Shown here piece after piece: positions 11,805-23,399 of a DNA stretch of 64,000 bases. The number at the start of each line of letters is the position of its first letter. Within the stretch, counting starts at the first letter, position 1. The notes beneath the pieces are model-generated. The model searched no databases. It saw only the letters and a program-made list of their open reading frames with translations, and was not told where the DNA came from. Source of the DNA: Squalus acanthias (Eukaryota); contig CM059431.1 in NCBI GenBank assembly GCA_030390025.1, forward strand, positions 102,860,001 through 102,924,000, written 5' to 3'. The translations under genes and the position numbers were made by a program.

Positions 11805-12030
11805 AAAAGACTTGCATTTCTACAGCGCCTTTCATGACCGCAGGAAGTCCCAAAGCACTTTACAGCCAATGAAGTACTTTTGAAGTGTAGCCACTGTTGT
11901 AATGTAGGAAACGCGGCAGCCAATTTTGCGCACAGCAAGCTCCCGCAAACAGCAATGTGATAATGACCAGATCATCTGTTTTAGTGATGTTGATAGAGGG
12001 ACAAATATTGGCCCCAGGACACCGGGAGAA
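11805..12030 (-). mobile_element. Deu-domain SINE, 3' half
   Basis: Reverse complement of the SINE body and tail. Confidence 0.85.
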
Positions 12031-12039
12031 GGGAGAGTC

Positions 12040-12765
12040 ACAAACTAAGGTTTTAAATTTAAGTAGGCAAACTTTAACAGGGATAAGAAATAAATTAACG
12101 GCAGTAAACTGTTAATGGATAAAACGGACAAACAGTGGGAAGTAATTTAAAGCAGTATTTGGTACAAAAATAAAACCAGTACATATCCCTAAAAGGCAGA
12201 GGTTGCACTTGTGTGGTTAAGCAACCATGGCCAACAAACGAGGTAAGAGACAGTATCAATCTAAAAGAAAACTCTGGCACAAATGCAAGGAAAGGTGGAA
12301 ATCCAACGGACTGAGAGAGCTACAAAAAGCAGCAAAGGGGTACAGAGAAAATAATACGAGGTTCAAAAAGGATATAGGAGAAAAAAATCTTGCACGGGAC
12401 AGTAAAGCTAACATCGCAAGGTTTTGCAAATCTATTAAGCGAACAGCATAGCAGAATGTGGACCCATTAGAGACTGATGCAGGCGAGGCTATAATGGACA
12501 ATAAAGAAACGGCAGACTTGTTAAATGAATATTTTGCATTCGTTTTCACAGTGGAGGACGAGGACAAAATATCAGTGGCACAAAGGAAACTGAAAAATAA
12601 GTCACGGAGAAGAACATAGTTGATTTAATAAAAGTCAAATATTTTGTTGGGTATGGATATCAGGGAATATTGAACAAAATCTGTTAAATGGAGTTGAGGT
12701 ACAGGTCAACCATGATCTAATTGAATGGTGGAACAGGCTCGTGGGGCTGAATGGCCTGCTCCTAA
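12040..12765 (+). mobile_element. Degraded CR1 ORF2 linker (between EN and RT) joined to a CR1 3' UTR
   Basis: Reads PLETDAGEAIMDNKETADLLNEYFAFVFTVED across frameshifts; 3' UTR at about 12640-12762. Confidence 0.7.
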
Positions 12766-12833
12766 TAAAAGATTAAATGCATGTCTGTTTGATTGGATCT
12801 CATGGCACTTTTGAAGCCTTCAGGATAAGACAC

Positions 12834-13112
12834 AATGGAACGAATTGGAAACTGTTCATTGGATTGAATTGGAATGGAACGAATTGGAAACTGTTCATTG
12901 GGCTGAATTGGAATGGAACGAATTGGAAACTGTTCATTGGATTGACTTGGAATGGAACGAAGTGGAAACTGAGCATTGGAGTAAATTGGAATGCAACGAA
13001 TTGGAAACTGTTCATTGGATTGAATTGGAATGGAGCGAATTGGAAACTGTTCATTGGATTGAATTGGAATGGAATGAATTAGAAACTGTTCATTAGTTTG
13101 AATTGGAATTGG
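12834..13112. repeat. 39-bp tandem repeat, about 7 copies
   Basis: Unit GAATTGGAAACTGTTCATTGGATTGAATTGGAATGGAAC; overlapping ORFs show 13-aa periodicity. Confidence 0.95.
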
Positions 13113-15316
13113 AGCAAGCCGGAAACCTGCCGGTGCCACCGTGGGCCACAGTTCACGGCCGCCCGAAATAATAGCGCGGGCAGCACCGGTATTGTGGCGC
13201 TGCCCGCTAATTTAAATTCACGCAGCGCAAAGCCTGGAGTGCAAGACTCGCTTTCTGGCGGTAGTCTCAGCAGGAGGCCCAATGTCTTAAAGCTAGCCTG
13301 TCATTTTAGGAAGCAGTGTCGGTCCCTTAAAGGGGAGCTGCCTTCTAAAATGAAAGAAATTAAAATCATTTAAATATAGGCAGTCTTTAGCCCTTAGAGC
13401 TCAACATTAAAAATAATTCCCAAATGGCAGTCTGCAGCTCTTAAAGCTGAACTGCCTTCTGGATGTAAAAAAATGGTAAAAGTGTTTTAGCACTAACACA
13501 ACTGGCTCAGCAAGCCAAAGAAGGGGCACCCAGGGTCTCGCATGCAGCACTCCAGCTTTATGCAGGGAGTCAACACTACAAGACAGGCCCTCTACCCACA
13601 AGGGCCAGGAGGCCCTCCAGAAAGAAGGATGTGGGACCAAATCGCTGAGGCTGTCACTGCCAGCAGTGTTGCCCCCCCATGACCTGGCTCCAGTGCTCAA
13701 AGAAGCTTCATGACCTCAGACCAGTAGTCAAGGTCAGTGAATGCATCTTCAAAAATCGCCTCCTACCAACTGCACCACTAGCCTCACACACTGCTCATTG
13801 CACGAACACCCCCACCCATCACTCACCTAGCAACAATCTGTACCAAACACGAGGCACACCTCCCATTCCTAGCTTCATCTCACCCCCTTGGAGGAGCCCC
13901 TCTTGGGAGAGGCATGGCTGAGCCCTTGGCTAGTGGCGGGGCTGAAAGGATACAAGATGCTGGAATCCTTATACGTTATCCTCCTTCTCACATCCCACTT
14001 CCCCCTCATCCCACAATATCTTCTGATGTACAAGCTACACATGGTGTCAGCATGCAGTTCTTGCTTTCCCGCCCTCTCCTCACCGCAACTCTACCCTTGT
14101 GCCTTCCTCATTTCACACACCCAAGAAATCCAGCCTGCCCAGCCAGTGGGTGACCAAGAAGGAGAAGAGAATGAAGAAGAAAAAGAAGAAACACCGTCAC
14201 TCGATTTGACACTCCCAGCCACCAGCCCCTCGAGGTCATTCTGCAAGGCCATCTGCAGCGTCCCTCACTGAAAGTCAGCAGCCTTCCACCAGCCATGCTA
14301 CAGCCACTGGGGTAGCACTGCGTGACATCAGTAGGATAGGCAAAGGCACACACGAGACAGTCACTAAGGGAATGCACACGGGCGATGAGTTGATTTCTTG
14401 ATGTCATATTGGATGGATAGATGTAGAAAGTTGTATTGGAAAGTTTGCTTTTATTTCAGCATCGTGGCCAAGAGGACGCTGTGATGGTCAATAACAGAGG
14501 GAAGGTAAGGTGTGGGACAATTGTTGAAAGGGGAATTAGGGTTATGGTCACCGATACTGCAGGCAGAAGATTCCATCCCAGATATCCCGGCCAGAGAGGG
14601 GCTGCATCCTTCCTTCCGCTTCCTCCTCTTCTATGCCTTCCTCTTCTACTTCTTCCTCTTCTGCGTCTTCCTCTTCCCTCGACGAGCGAATGCTGTAAAT
14701 CTGAAATAAAAGCAGAAAATGCTGGAAATACTCAGCAGGTCAGGCAGCGTCTCGACCTGAGACGTGAACTCTGTTTCTCTCTCCACAGATGCCGCCTGAC
14801 CTGCTGAGTATTTCCAGCATGTTCAGTCTTCTCAGAGGCCTTCCTTTACCATCTGAAGCCTTGCAAGCATCCAGCAGCACTCCCTGCACACTTTACAAAC
14901 TTTTAACATCTATTGCACCAAGCCACAACTTCAATAAAATATTAAAAATACAGTCCCAAAGCTTAAATCCAAACTTACCTAAAATGTGTGTGTGTCCCTT
15001 TAAGAAGCGCTGACAGCGTTAGTGCAGGGCTGCTTCATGCATGCTTTTCTGTGCGTGCTTAGGACTCAGCGTTAAAAAGAGTGAAAAGGTCGAAGTTGGC
15101 AGATGTGGCGTCAAGTTGGCGTTGCATGCCGACTAACGTCACGCTCTGCTCGTTTATATTTCTGGGGCCAGCGCTGTCAACGGCTGTGCTATTGCCCTTA
15201 CCAAAATGGCGGTCGCCAAGTCCCATGCCGGAGGCGGGCATGTAGCGAGGCGGCCGCCATTTTTTTGCAGCAACCCAGCGGTAACGGGCGGCGCACAGGT
15301 ACCGAATTTCTGGGCC
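13113..15316 (+). mobile_element. Degraded PIF/Harbinger-derived element with a Myb/SANT-like gene remnant
   Basis: About 13520-13735 reads across frameshifts APRVSHAALQ...RRMWDQIAEAVTASSVAP/MTWLQCSKKLHDLRPVVK, then a GT donor; right end gaatttctgggcc resembles other TIRs here; left TIR not seen. Confidence 0.65.
14690..14822. mobile_element. Penelope-like terminal repeat fragment forming an inverted repeat
   Basis: 34-bp arms at 14719-14752 and 14787-14820; same family as 39400-39696. Confidence 0.8.
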
Positions 15317-15688
15317 AGGCTTGACGATTGTGACAGTGAGCCTGTTGCTTTGTCACTGTGCTATCTGCACTCTCGGAAACTCAGAAAGTTTATGTGCTGG
15401 TGTTAAATCTATCAAATGATTACACTCCGAACAACTGCGATTGAGGAAATAGTAACTGGGACCTTTCATTTTCTTATGCTTTGTGGGATAATATTACCAT
15501 CTTATCGTTGTCTCACAGCAGTCTCAATAGGTTACTCTTTTGCCCCAAGTATTTGGGAGATACAAATAATTCATCACAATCGAATAATCGAATAAGAGAT
15601 AACTGAACTCCCTTCATTGTGTTTTTTGACTGAATAAAATAATCTATGAACAGATCCTAGAGGTACAACAAAGGAAGTACAGACTTAG

Positions 15689-16367
15689 GGGGAAAAATTG
15701 GGTTGCTTTGCGCCTCCTGTTAGCGCCCTAAGAAGGCGCTAACGGGAGGCACAAAGCAACTAGCGCCCGGGTGTGGCGCTGCCCACGCCTCCTGCGAAAT
15801 TCAGCGGGAGGTTAGCGGTGGGGCTAACCGGTAGCGCCCTGTGGCGCTGACGTCATCACGTTGCGCAGCGCCCCGCTCGCGCCCCGGCAGCGATCTTCGG
15901 GAGCGCCCCCTGACTTACCGCCAGACGCTATGTCCGACAGGGTCAAGGGGGCCTACCTGCGGCCGGGGAGGCGCAATTTAAAAGCAAGGTGCCGGGCGGC
16001 CATTTTTGTTGCTGGCCGCCTGCCAGCACCTGCCTCTGCTCCCGTCCCCGGCCTCCTGAACGGCCCCCCCCTCCCCCCCCGCAGAGTGCCGGCTGCGCTC
16101 CAAGGGCCCGGCACTTCTCTTGAGTGCCGGGCTCTTTTGCCGGCACTCCGATCCCCGGGGGCCCAGCTGGGCCCCGGGTTGCGCTGCGCAAGGCCCCTCC
16201 CCTTTAAGAAGGGGAGGAAGGCCTGCAATACCGCAGCATGTAGCGCCGCGATATTGACTCGCTGCGCCTCAAGAGGGAGGCGGGGCACTTCCAGTCGCAC
16301 CCCGCTTCCCTCTTGGGGCGCAACCACTCAATTTCCGGCGCGGGGGCGCTACTCAATTTTTAGCCCC
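15689..16367. mobile_element. GC-rich PIF/Harbinger-type MITE
   Basis: Ends GGGGAAAAATTG and CAATTTTTAGCCCC; 3-bp TSD TAG at 15686-15688 and 16368-16370. Confidence 0.75.
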
Positions 16368-16454
16368 TAGAATTTTCAATGTGATATGGAATGAAAACAA
16401 GCTGTATTATTTATTATTACATCCGTCTTTCCCGTAAAATTCTGTATTTTCTTC

Positions 16455-17133
16455 CTACCTAAGCTCTGGGATTCCCTTCCTAAACCTCTCCGCCTCTCTA
16501 CCTCTCTCTCCTCCTTTTAAGACACTCCATAAAACCGACCTCATCTGCCCTAATATCTCCTTATGTGGCTCGGTGTCAAATTTTGTTTGATAATCGCTCC
16601 TGTGAAGTTGAGACGTTTTATGAAAGAAAGAGAGACTTGCATTTCTGTAGCGCCTTTCATGACCACCGGACGTCTCAAAGCGCTTTACAGCCAATGAGGC
16701 AATTTTGAAGTGCAGTCACTGTTATAATGTGGGAAACGCGGCAGCCAAATTGCACACAGCAAGCTCCCACAAACAGCAATGCGATACTGACTAGATAATC
16801 TGTTTTAGCGATGTTGGTTGGGGATAAATATTGGCCAGGACACCGAGGATAACTCTCCTGCTCTTCTTCGAAATAGTGGCGTGGGATCTTTTACGTCCCC
16901 CTGAGAGGACAGACGGGGCCTCGGTTTAACGTCTCATCCGAAAGACGGCACCTCCAACAGTGCAGCACTCCCTCAGCACCGCACTGAGAGTGTCAGCCTA
17001 GATGTATGTGCTCAAGTCCCTGGAGTGGGGCTTGAACCCACAACCTTCTGACTCAGAAGCGAGAGTGCTGCCCACTGAGCCACGGCTGACATTAGATGAC
17101 GTTAAAGGCGCTATATAAATACAAGTTGTTGTT
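16455..17133 (+). mobile_element. L2 3' end (16455-16620 plus 17093-17133) split by a SINE
   Basis: L2 tail acgttaaaggcgctatataaatacaagttgttgtt resumes after the SINE. Confidence 0.8.
16622..17091 (-). mobile_element. Full-length Deu-domain tRNA SINE (SacSINE1-like)
   Basis: tRNA-like head, Deu core and L2-like tail. Confidence 0.9.
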
Positions 17134-17294
17134 ATTCAAAAGCAACGCAATCGAGTGGAAACTCCAGGCCCCAGAATTCAATGCCTCCCAGTAGACAAGG
17201 TATGGGGCAAAAATAAACACCATCCACCATTGTGGCTTTAATTGCAAATGCAACTCGATAGGTCTTTACACAATCAGTAGATAAGGATTTTGAG

Positions 17295-17560
17295 CATAGA
17301 ATCACAGAATCTTACAGCACAGAAGGAGGCCATTCGGCCCATCGTGCCTGTGCCGACTCTTTGAAAGAGCTCTCCAATTAGTCCCCGTCCCCCCCCTGCT
17401 CTTTCCCCGGCCTGTTATCTTTTTAAGTATTTATCCGATTCCCTTTTGAAAGTTACTATTGAATCTGCTTCCACCGCCCTTTCAGGCAGCGCGTTCCAGA
17501 TCACAACAACTCGCTGCCGCAATTATCTTAAACCTGTGTCCTCTGGTTATCGATCCTAAC
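17295..17560 (-). mobile_element. CR1 3' end; about 70 bp of it recurs at 18335-18405
   Basis: attctatg-type tail; aagttac.attgaatctgc.tccaccgccctttca occurs twice. Confidence 0.75.
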
Positions 17561-17859
17561 GCCAGTTAGTCACCAGAAAGTCAAACTGTCATGAACAAAG
17601 TTGAATCAGACTGAAGTCGGGGCTTTTATCAGTCTCGTAGGAAACCCGATGGCATTTTTTTTACTTTGATACATACTGACCTTGACCCCAGTTACACTGT
17701 GCCGTTTGATTCGCCTGGATGCAGCTTTCACGCTGACGGTTTTTTGGCCCAACTACAATATGCCAAATGGATTTGCACACTGATCACTTGTGAGAAATTT
17801 CAGAGTCATTTCTCTGCCATGAGTACAGCTCCAGAGTGAAACAAAGTTTAGTAATAGAG

Positions 17860-18335
17860 GAGCCCACAGGCAGGGTGGGTGGGGGATACAGAGTGGCTTG
17901 TTGGGTCGAGGGTCAATCGGAGAGAGATCGGGGGCAGAGATCGGGGGGGGGTTGGTGATCGCCCGGGGTGGGGGGGGGGCTGTCCGATCACAGGGCTGGG
18001 GTTCTGATCGCGGGAGGGGTGTGTGGGTGGGGGGGGGGAAAGCAGGTTAGCTTGGAGGGCCGGTGGGGGGGGGGAAGCACTCATGCTCCTTCTGGCCCAC
18101 AAGCAGTGCTGGAAAGGCACTTACCTCTTCCACACAGCAGTCCTCGCCTCCCTTTAGCTGCCGGGTTTCCCGAGGGTTAAACCAAGTGGGTTGGTTGCGC
18201 CCCCCCCCTCCCCCACCATCCCGCCTCCGTTAAACCCGGAAGTGGGTGGGTTCGAGGCGGGTTGGGTTCAGGTTTGAGGTTTTTAAATTTTTACATCCCA
18301 CCCGACCCAAACCCACTCAACTTTGGGGGTTGAAA
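17860..18335. mobile_element. G-rich MITE-like fragment
   Basis: G-run-rich segment with internal inverted gtgggttcgaggcgggt/acccgacccaaacccac; ends not defined. Confidence 0.4.
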
Positions 18336-18692
18336 AGTTACCATTGAATCTGCCTCCACCGCCCTTTCAAGCAGCGCATTCCAGATCACAACAACTCGCC
18401 GCCTAAAAAAATAAATTCAAAAAACGTACACAGGTGCAGAGCTCTCTACCTGCACTGAGTTTTACACACACATCAGTATAACTCACGAGAGCTGTGTCAA
18501 ACCAGGATCAGCAGTATAACTGAGACTTCTTATATTCTGATAACTTGCTGTGATAGAGCCAATATTACTGCTGGAAGTCGAGCAGTTTTCTTGTTGGTGA
18601 TCACAGCAAAATTGGACAAGCTCCAGTTTCTTATATCTCTGAGTGCCAGTTGGAAGATCCAGTACTTCGTTCTGTTTTGTTTAGGCTGATAG

Positions 18693-19125
18693 AAAAAAAA
18701 AAGAAAGACTTGCATTTCTACAGCGCCTTTCACAACCTCAAGATGTCCCAAAGCGCTTTACAGCCAATTAAGTACTTTTGAAGTGTGGTCACTGTTGTAA
18801 TGTAGGAAACGCAATGTGATAATGACCAGATAATCTGTTTTTAGTGACGTTTATTGAGGGATAAATATTGGCCCCAGGACACCGGGGAGAATTCCCCTAC
18901 TCTTCTTCGAAATAGTGGCCATGGGATCTTTTACGTCCACCTGAGAGGGCAGACAGGGCCTCGGTTTAGCGTCTCTTCCGAAAGACAGCACCTCTGACAG
19001 GGCAGCACTCCCTCAGTACTGACACTGGGAGTGTCAGCCTAGATTTTGTGCTCAAGTCTCTGGAGTGGGACTTGAACCTACGACTTTCTGACTCAGAGGC
19101 GAGTGGGCTACCAGGGCGACAAAGC
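18693..19125 (-). mobile_element. Near full-length Deu-domain SINE
   Basis: Head, Deu core and tail present, with a small internal deletion. Confidence 0.88.
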
Positions 19126-19297
19126 CACCAGGGCAACTTAAAGCATTCTGCCATCTCTCCACGCTCCATTCCCCTCTCCAGAAGTAGAGCACAATAATAA
19201 ATGATAGAAGGCCTCACCAAAATTAAAACGTGCGTCAGTAAAAAAAAATCTTTTAATGACACTTATTCAGAAACTACCAGTTGCTGATGGCTTCAGT

Positions 19298-19592
19298 TGT
19301 GGGGAGAGACCAAAACTAGGGGCCCATAAATATAAGATAGTCACTGATAAATCCAATGGGGAATTCAGGAGAAACTTCTTCACCCAGAGAGTGGTGAGAA
19401 TGTGAAACTCACTACCACAGGGAGTGGTTGAGGCGAATAGCACAGATGCATTTAAGGGGAAGCTAGATAAACACATGAGGGAGAAAGGAATAGAAGGTTA
19501 TGCTGACAGGGTGAGATGAAGAGGGGTGGGAGGAGGCTCGTGTGTTGGGCTGAATGGCCTGTTGCTGTGCTGTACGGTCTATGTAATTCTAG
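19298..19592 (+). mobile_element. CR1 3' end
   Basis: aagatagtcactgataaatccaat...ttcttcacccagagagtggtg subfamily. Confidence 0.8.
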
Positions 19593-19669
19593 GAGTGTTC
19601 TGGGATCATTGCATCCTGTCTGACTGTTGGATTGATAGTCTGCGTGCTTGGCTTAAATACCTTCCCGCC

Positions 19670-20112
19670 AAGACCATCTACAAGGCACAAGGCAGGAGTG
19701 TGATGGAATGCACTCCACTTGCCTGGACGAGTGTAGCTCGAACAACACTCAAGAAGCTCGACACCACCCAGGACAAAGCAGCCCGCTTGATCGGCACCCC
19801 ATCCACCACCTTAAACATTCACTCCCTCCACTACCGGCGTCCCGTGGCTGGAGTGTGTGCCATCTACAAGATGCACTGCAGCAACTCGCCAAGGCTTCTT
19901 CGGCAGCACCTCCCAAACCCGCGACCTCTACCACCTAGAAGGACAAGGGCAGCAGGCGCATGGGAACACCACCACCTCCAAGTTCCCCTCCAAGTCACAC
20001 ACCATCCTGACTTAGAAGTTTATCGACCGTTCCTTCATCGTCACTGGGTCAAAATCCTGGAACTCCCTCCCTAACAGCACTGTGGGAGCACCTTCACCAC
20101 ACGGACTGCAGA
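19670..20112 (+). mobile_element. Zenon-like (CR1-clade) LINE ORF2 3' fragment
   Basis: Encodes IYKAQGRSVMECTPLAW...KKLDTTQDKAARLI; the Zenon assignment rests on resemblance only. Confidence 0.75.
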
Positions 20113-20594
20113 AATGGTTAAAACCAGTTGTGTAGGGAATGCAAAAAAAAAAGAATAAAACCGGCTTTTATGACCTTTCGGAGTATGTCAGTGCCTGCCC
20201 GTGCGGGCAAAAGCAGCCAATCCCTGGTGGCTCTCTCCGGTGGAAACTCACAGAGCAGATAGCTGACCCTGAGAACCTTTCTGGGCTCAGCATTGTGGCA
20301 TAGGGCGGGCGGGCGGGCGGGCGAGGCGGAACTGCACGTCTGCTGCCAATGGAGAGAAATGACAGGGAATCGATTCCTGGGATGAGAAGTTGTCCTTTTG
20401 AGGAGAGATTGAGTAGATTGGGCCTATACTCTCTGGAGTTTAGAAGAATGAGAGGTGATCTCATTGAAACATACAGGATTCTGAGGGGGATTGACAGGGT
20501 AGATGCTGAGAGGTTGTTTCCCCCTGGCTGGAGAGTCTAGAACTAGGAGGTCACAGTCTCAGGATAAGGGGTCGGCCATTTAGGACTGAGATGA

Positions 20595-20807
20595 TGTGGA
20601 GATGCCGGTGTTGGACTGGGGTGGACAAATGTGAGAAGTCGCACAACACCAGGTTATAGTCCAACAGTTTTATTTGAAATCACAAACTTTCGGAGCGCTG
20701 CTCCTTCGTCAGGTGAAGTCTGACCTGACGAAGGAGCAGCGCTCTGAAAGCTTGTGATTTCAAATAAAACTGTTGGACTATAACCTGGTGTTGTGCGACT
20801 TCTCACA
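20595..20807. mobile_element. Penelope-like palindromic insertion (family B) with hammerhead-like cores on both strands
   Basis: 14-bp TSD TAGGACTGAGATGA (20581-20594, 20808-20821); 85-bp arms at 20630-20714 and 20723-20807 with 2 mismatches; 8-nt loop. Confidence 0.85.
20721..20757 (+). ncRNA. Minimal type I hammerhead ribozyme-like motif
   Basis: CTGACGA-A-GGAGC-agc-GCTCT-GAAA-GC-TT-GTGA; the minus-strand copy has TCAC before CTGACGA, which can pair with GTGA. Confidence 0.65.
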
Positions 20808-21931
20808 TAGGACTGAGATGAGGAGGAATTTCTTCACTCAGAGGGTTGTGAATCTTTGGAATTCTCTACCCCAGAGAGCTGTGGATGCTCAGTCGTTGAG
20901 CACATTCAAGACAGAGATCAATAGAGTTTTGGACTCTCGGGGAATCAAGGGATATGGGGATCGGGTGGGGAAAGTGGAGTTGAGGTTGAAGATCAGCCAT
21001 GATCTTATTGAATGGTGGGGCAGGCTCGAGGGGCTGTATGGCCGACTCCTGCTCCTCATTCTTATGTTCTTATGGAAATCAAGGCCGAGTTCTTTGGCAG
21101 CTATGCTGTCTAAAAATGCTGCATTTCCAATAGATGGAGCTCTTGCACTGTGCTGGAGTCAGTGATGCCTCTCCAGTATGTGAACCAGCTCTTTGACATC
21201 AAGCCATTTTCCCCCTTTTTCACCTGAAGCTCAAAAATAGCTGAAAAAGTAAAAGAATATTTAATCCTTTTCTGTTGTAGGACCACTTGTCTGCTAATCA
21301 ACCCCGCAAGGTTCCAGTAGTTGTGTTTACTAACCTTTAGGCGCAGTTTTACACTACAAATGCATCTCACCGTCACTTTTAGCAGTAATTGGGGAGTCGT
21401 GAGGAATCGTGTTCAATGATTAATGAATAACCAGGTGTTTGAATTCATTTTACTTCTCTCCGCTCCAAAGATACAGATGTTATTGAATCATAGTTGATGT
21501 GACACATCTGTGTTTCAGCACATAAAAGCAGTGAGGAGTTTAACCGGCTCTCGCAGCACCTTACATTATAATCCCAAACTGCCATGTATAATAACTACCT
21601 GACTCTATTAACTAACTCGGTTCCCAAGCAGCTGAAACCTAAGATCCATGGTGAACATTTCTGCCTCATAATTACCCTAAATATAACAAGGCATGGATGA
21701 AAAGAAAAACTGCGTGACTTCTGCAAATCTGAAATAAAAAGTGAGGCTGGAAATGGGTCACTCAGGAAAGAGAGGGATTAACATTTTGAACGCGACCCTG
21801 TATTAGAATAATGATTGCAAGATACAGGTGACATTGGCCATTCAGTACATCCATCCTCCCCAAAAAAACTAGTTACCCCATGTCCAACTGTTCTCAAAAT
21901 TATTCCCTGGTTTCATCTCCACTACGTTACC

Positions 21932-22624
21932 CAGAAGGTTGTGGGTTCGAGTCCCCACTCCAGAGACTTGAACACATAATCCAGGCTGACACTCCCAGGG
22001 CAGTACTGAGCCAGTGCTGCACTGTCGGAGGGTCAGTACTGAGGGAGCGCCGCACTGTCGGAGGGGCAGTACTGAGGGAGCGCCGCACTGTCGGAGGGGC
22101 AGTACTGAGGGAGTGCTGCACTGTCGGAGGGGGCAGTACTGAGGGAGCGCTGCACTGTCGGAGGGGCAGTACTGAGGGAGCGCTGCACTGTCGGAGGGGC
22201 AGTACTGAGGGAGTGCTGCACTGTCGGAGGGGCAGTACTGAGGGAGCGCTGCACTGTCGGAGGGGCAGTACTGAGGGAGCGCTGCACTGTCGGAGGGTCA
22301 GTACTGAAGGAGTGCCGCACTGTCGGAGAGACAGTACTGAGGGAGCGCCGCACTGTCGGAGGGGCAGTACTGAGGGAGCGCCGCACTGTCGGAGGGGCAG
22401 TACTGAGGGAGTGCTGCACTGTCGGAGGGGCAGTACTGAGGGAGCGCTGCACTGTCGGAGGGGCAGTACTGAGGGAGCGCCGCACTGTCGGAGGGTCAGT
22501 ACTGAGGGAGCGCCGCACTGTCGGAGAGACAGTACTGAGGGAGCGCCACACTGTCGGAGGGGCAGTACTGAGGGAGCGCCGCACTGTTGGAGGGGCAGTA
22601 CTGAGGGAGCGCTGCACTGTCGGA
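21932..22624 (+). mobile_element. Deu-SINE partial head followed by a 33-bp array; SINE 3' body absent
   Basis: cagaaggttgtgggttcgagtcc...ggctgacactcc leads directly into the array. Confidence 0.85.
21999..22624 (+). repeat. 33-bp minisatellite, 19 units
   Basis: Unit GGGGCAGTACTGAGGGAGCGCCGCACTGTCGGA; counted from the 11-aa periodicity. Confidence 0.97.
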
Positions 22625-23399
22625 AAATCTATCCACAATAATCCTTTCACGGCATCTAAAATGAAACTATATTGTTTTACTCAACATGCAGATAAATAAG
22701 ACACCTACTGACGGCTGAATTTATATTATTCATGTTCCAAATTATTGTTTAAATGAAACATATTCATTTATCTGACTTGCCATTCTGCTTGATTGAAAAT
22801 CTGCGCTTGCTTACATTAGAGGTTACAGTCGCCCCGACTGACTGATAGACGATACTGTCAAAACATTAAATTAGAAGATGAAGTACCAGAACTCAAACCG
22901 TTTGTCTTACTAGTCTGGCAGCTTTAACATTTTTTTATGTAGTCTGTTAAAATAAAACTTAAAAGTCACTAATTTGATTATTTTTCCCACTGTACATCTG
23001 CCGCTTCTAATTTTAATATGTCAGACACGCCATTATTACCAGGGAATCACCCTCTTTTGATTTCTATTAATCCTTGGGGGTGCATTTCATTAAAATATAT
23101 ATTGGAGCAATAAAGGAAGGCACACGTGCAGTAAAGGCTGTCCCGCAGGGCAGGTTAAGCTGCCATTGGCTCTCCATATCAAGCAGGGGTCGAATACCAT
23201 TTGGAAATCAATATTTCACTTTCTTCACTCACTTGTAATGATACAGCGAAATAAATCAAAGAGTTACAGCAATACCACGCCTAACCACACATTAAAGCAC
23301 TGATGGGAGCTTTTGAAACGTTGAAGATCTGACGCTTTTTTTTTAAGTCAACGGCCGTGGCTGTCCAGCTGACCTGCTCTCCACCGTACAGCAACAGGT

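Larger units (their letters stand above)
20375..21074 (+). mobile_element. CR1 3' fragment split by a Penelope palindrome
   Basis: EERLSRLGLYSLEFRRMRGDLIETY... continues as TEMRRNFFTQRVVNLWNSLP; (TTCTTATG)n tail. Confidence 0.9.

Noticed and set aside
12762..13139. 13-aa repeat ORFs
   Set aside because: They are readings of the 39-bp tandem repeat on both strands.
15689..16367. CpG island promoter of a host gene (also 51880-53100)
   Set aside because: The GC-rich DNA is bounded by TIRs and 3-bp TSDs and has a relative in the window, so it is transposon-derived.
21710..21810. Additional Penelope terminal fragment
   Set aside because: Only aaatctgaaataaaaa...gctggaaat matches; too degraded to list with confidence.
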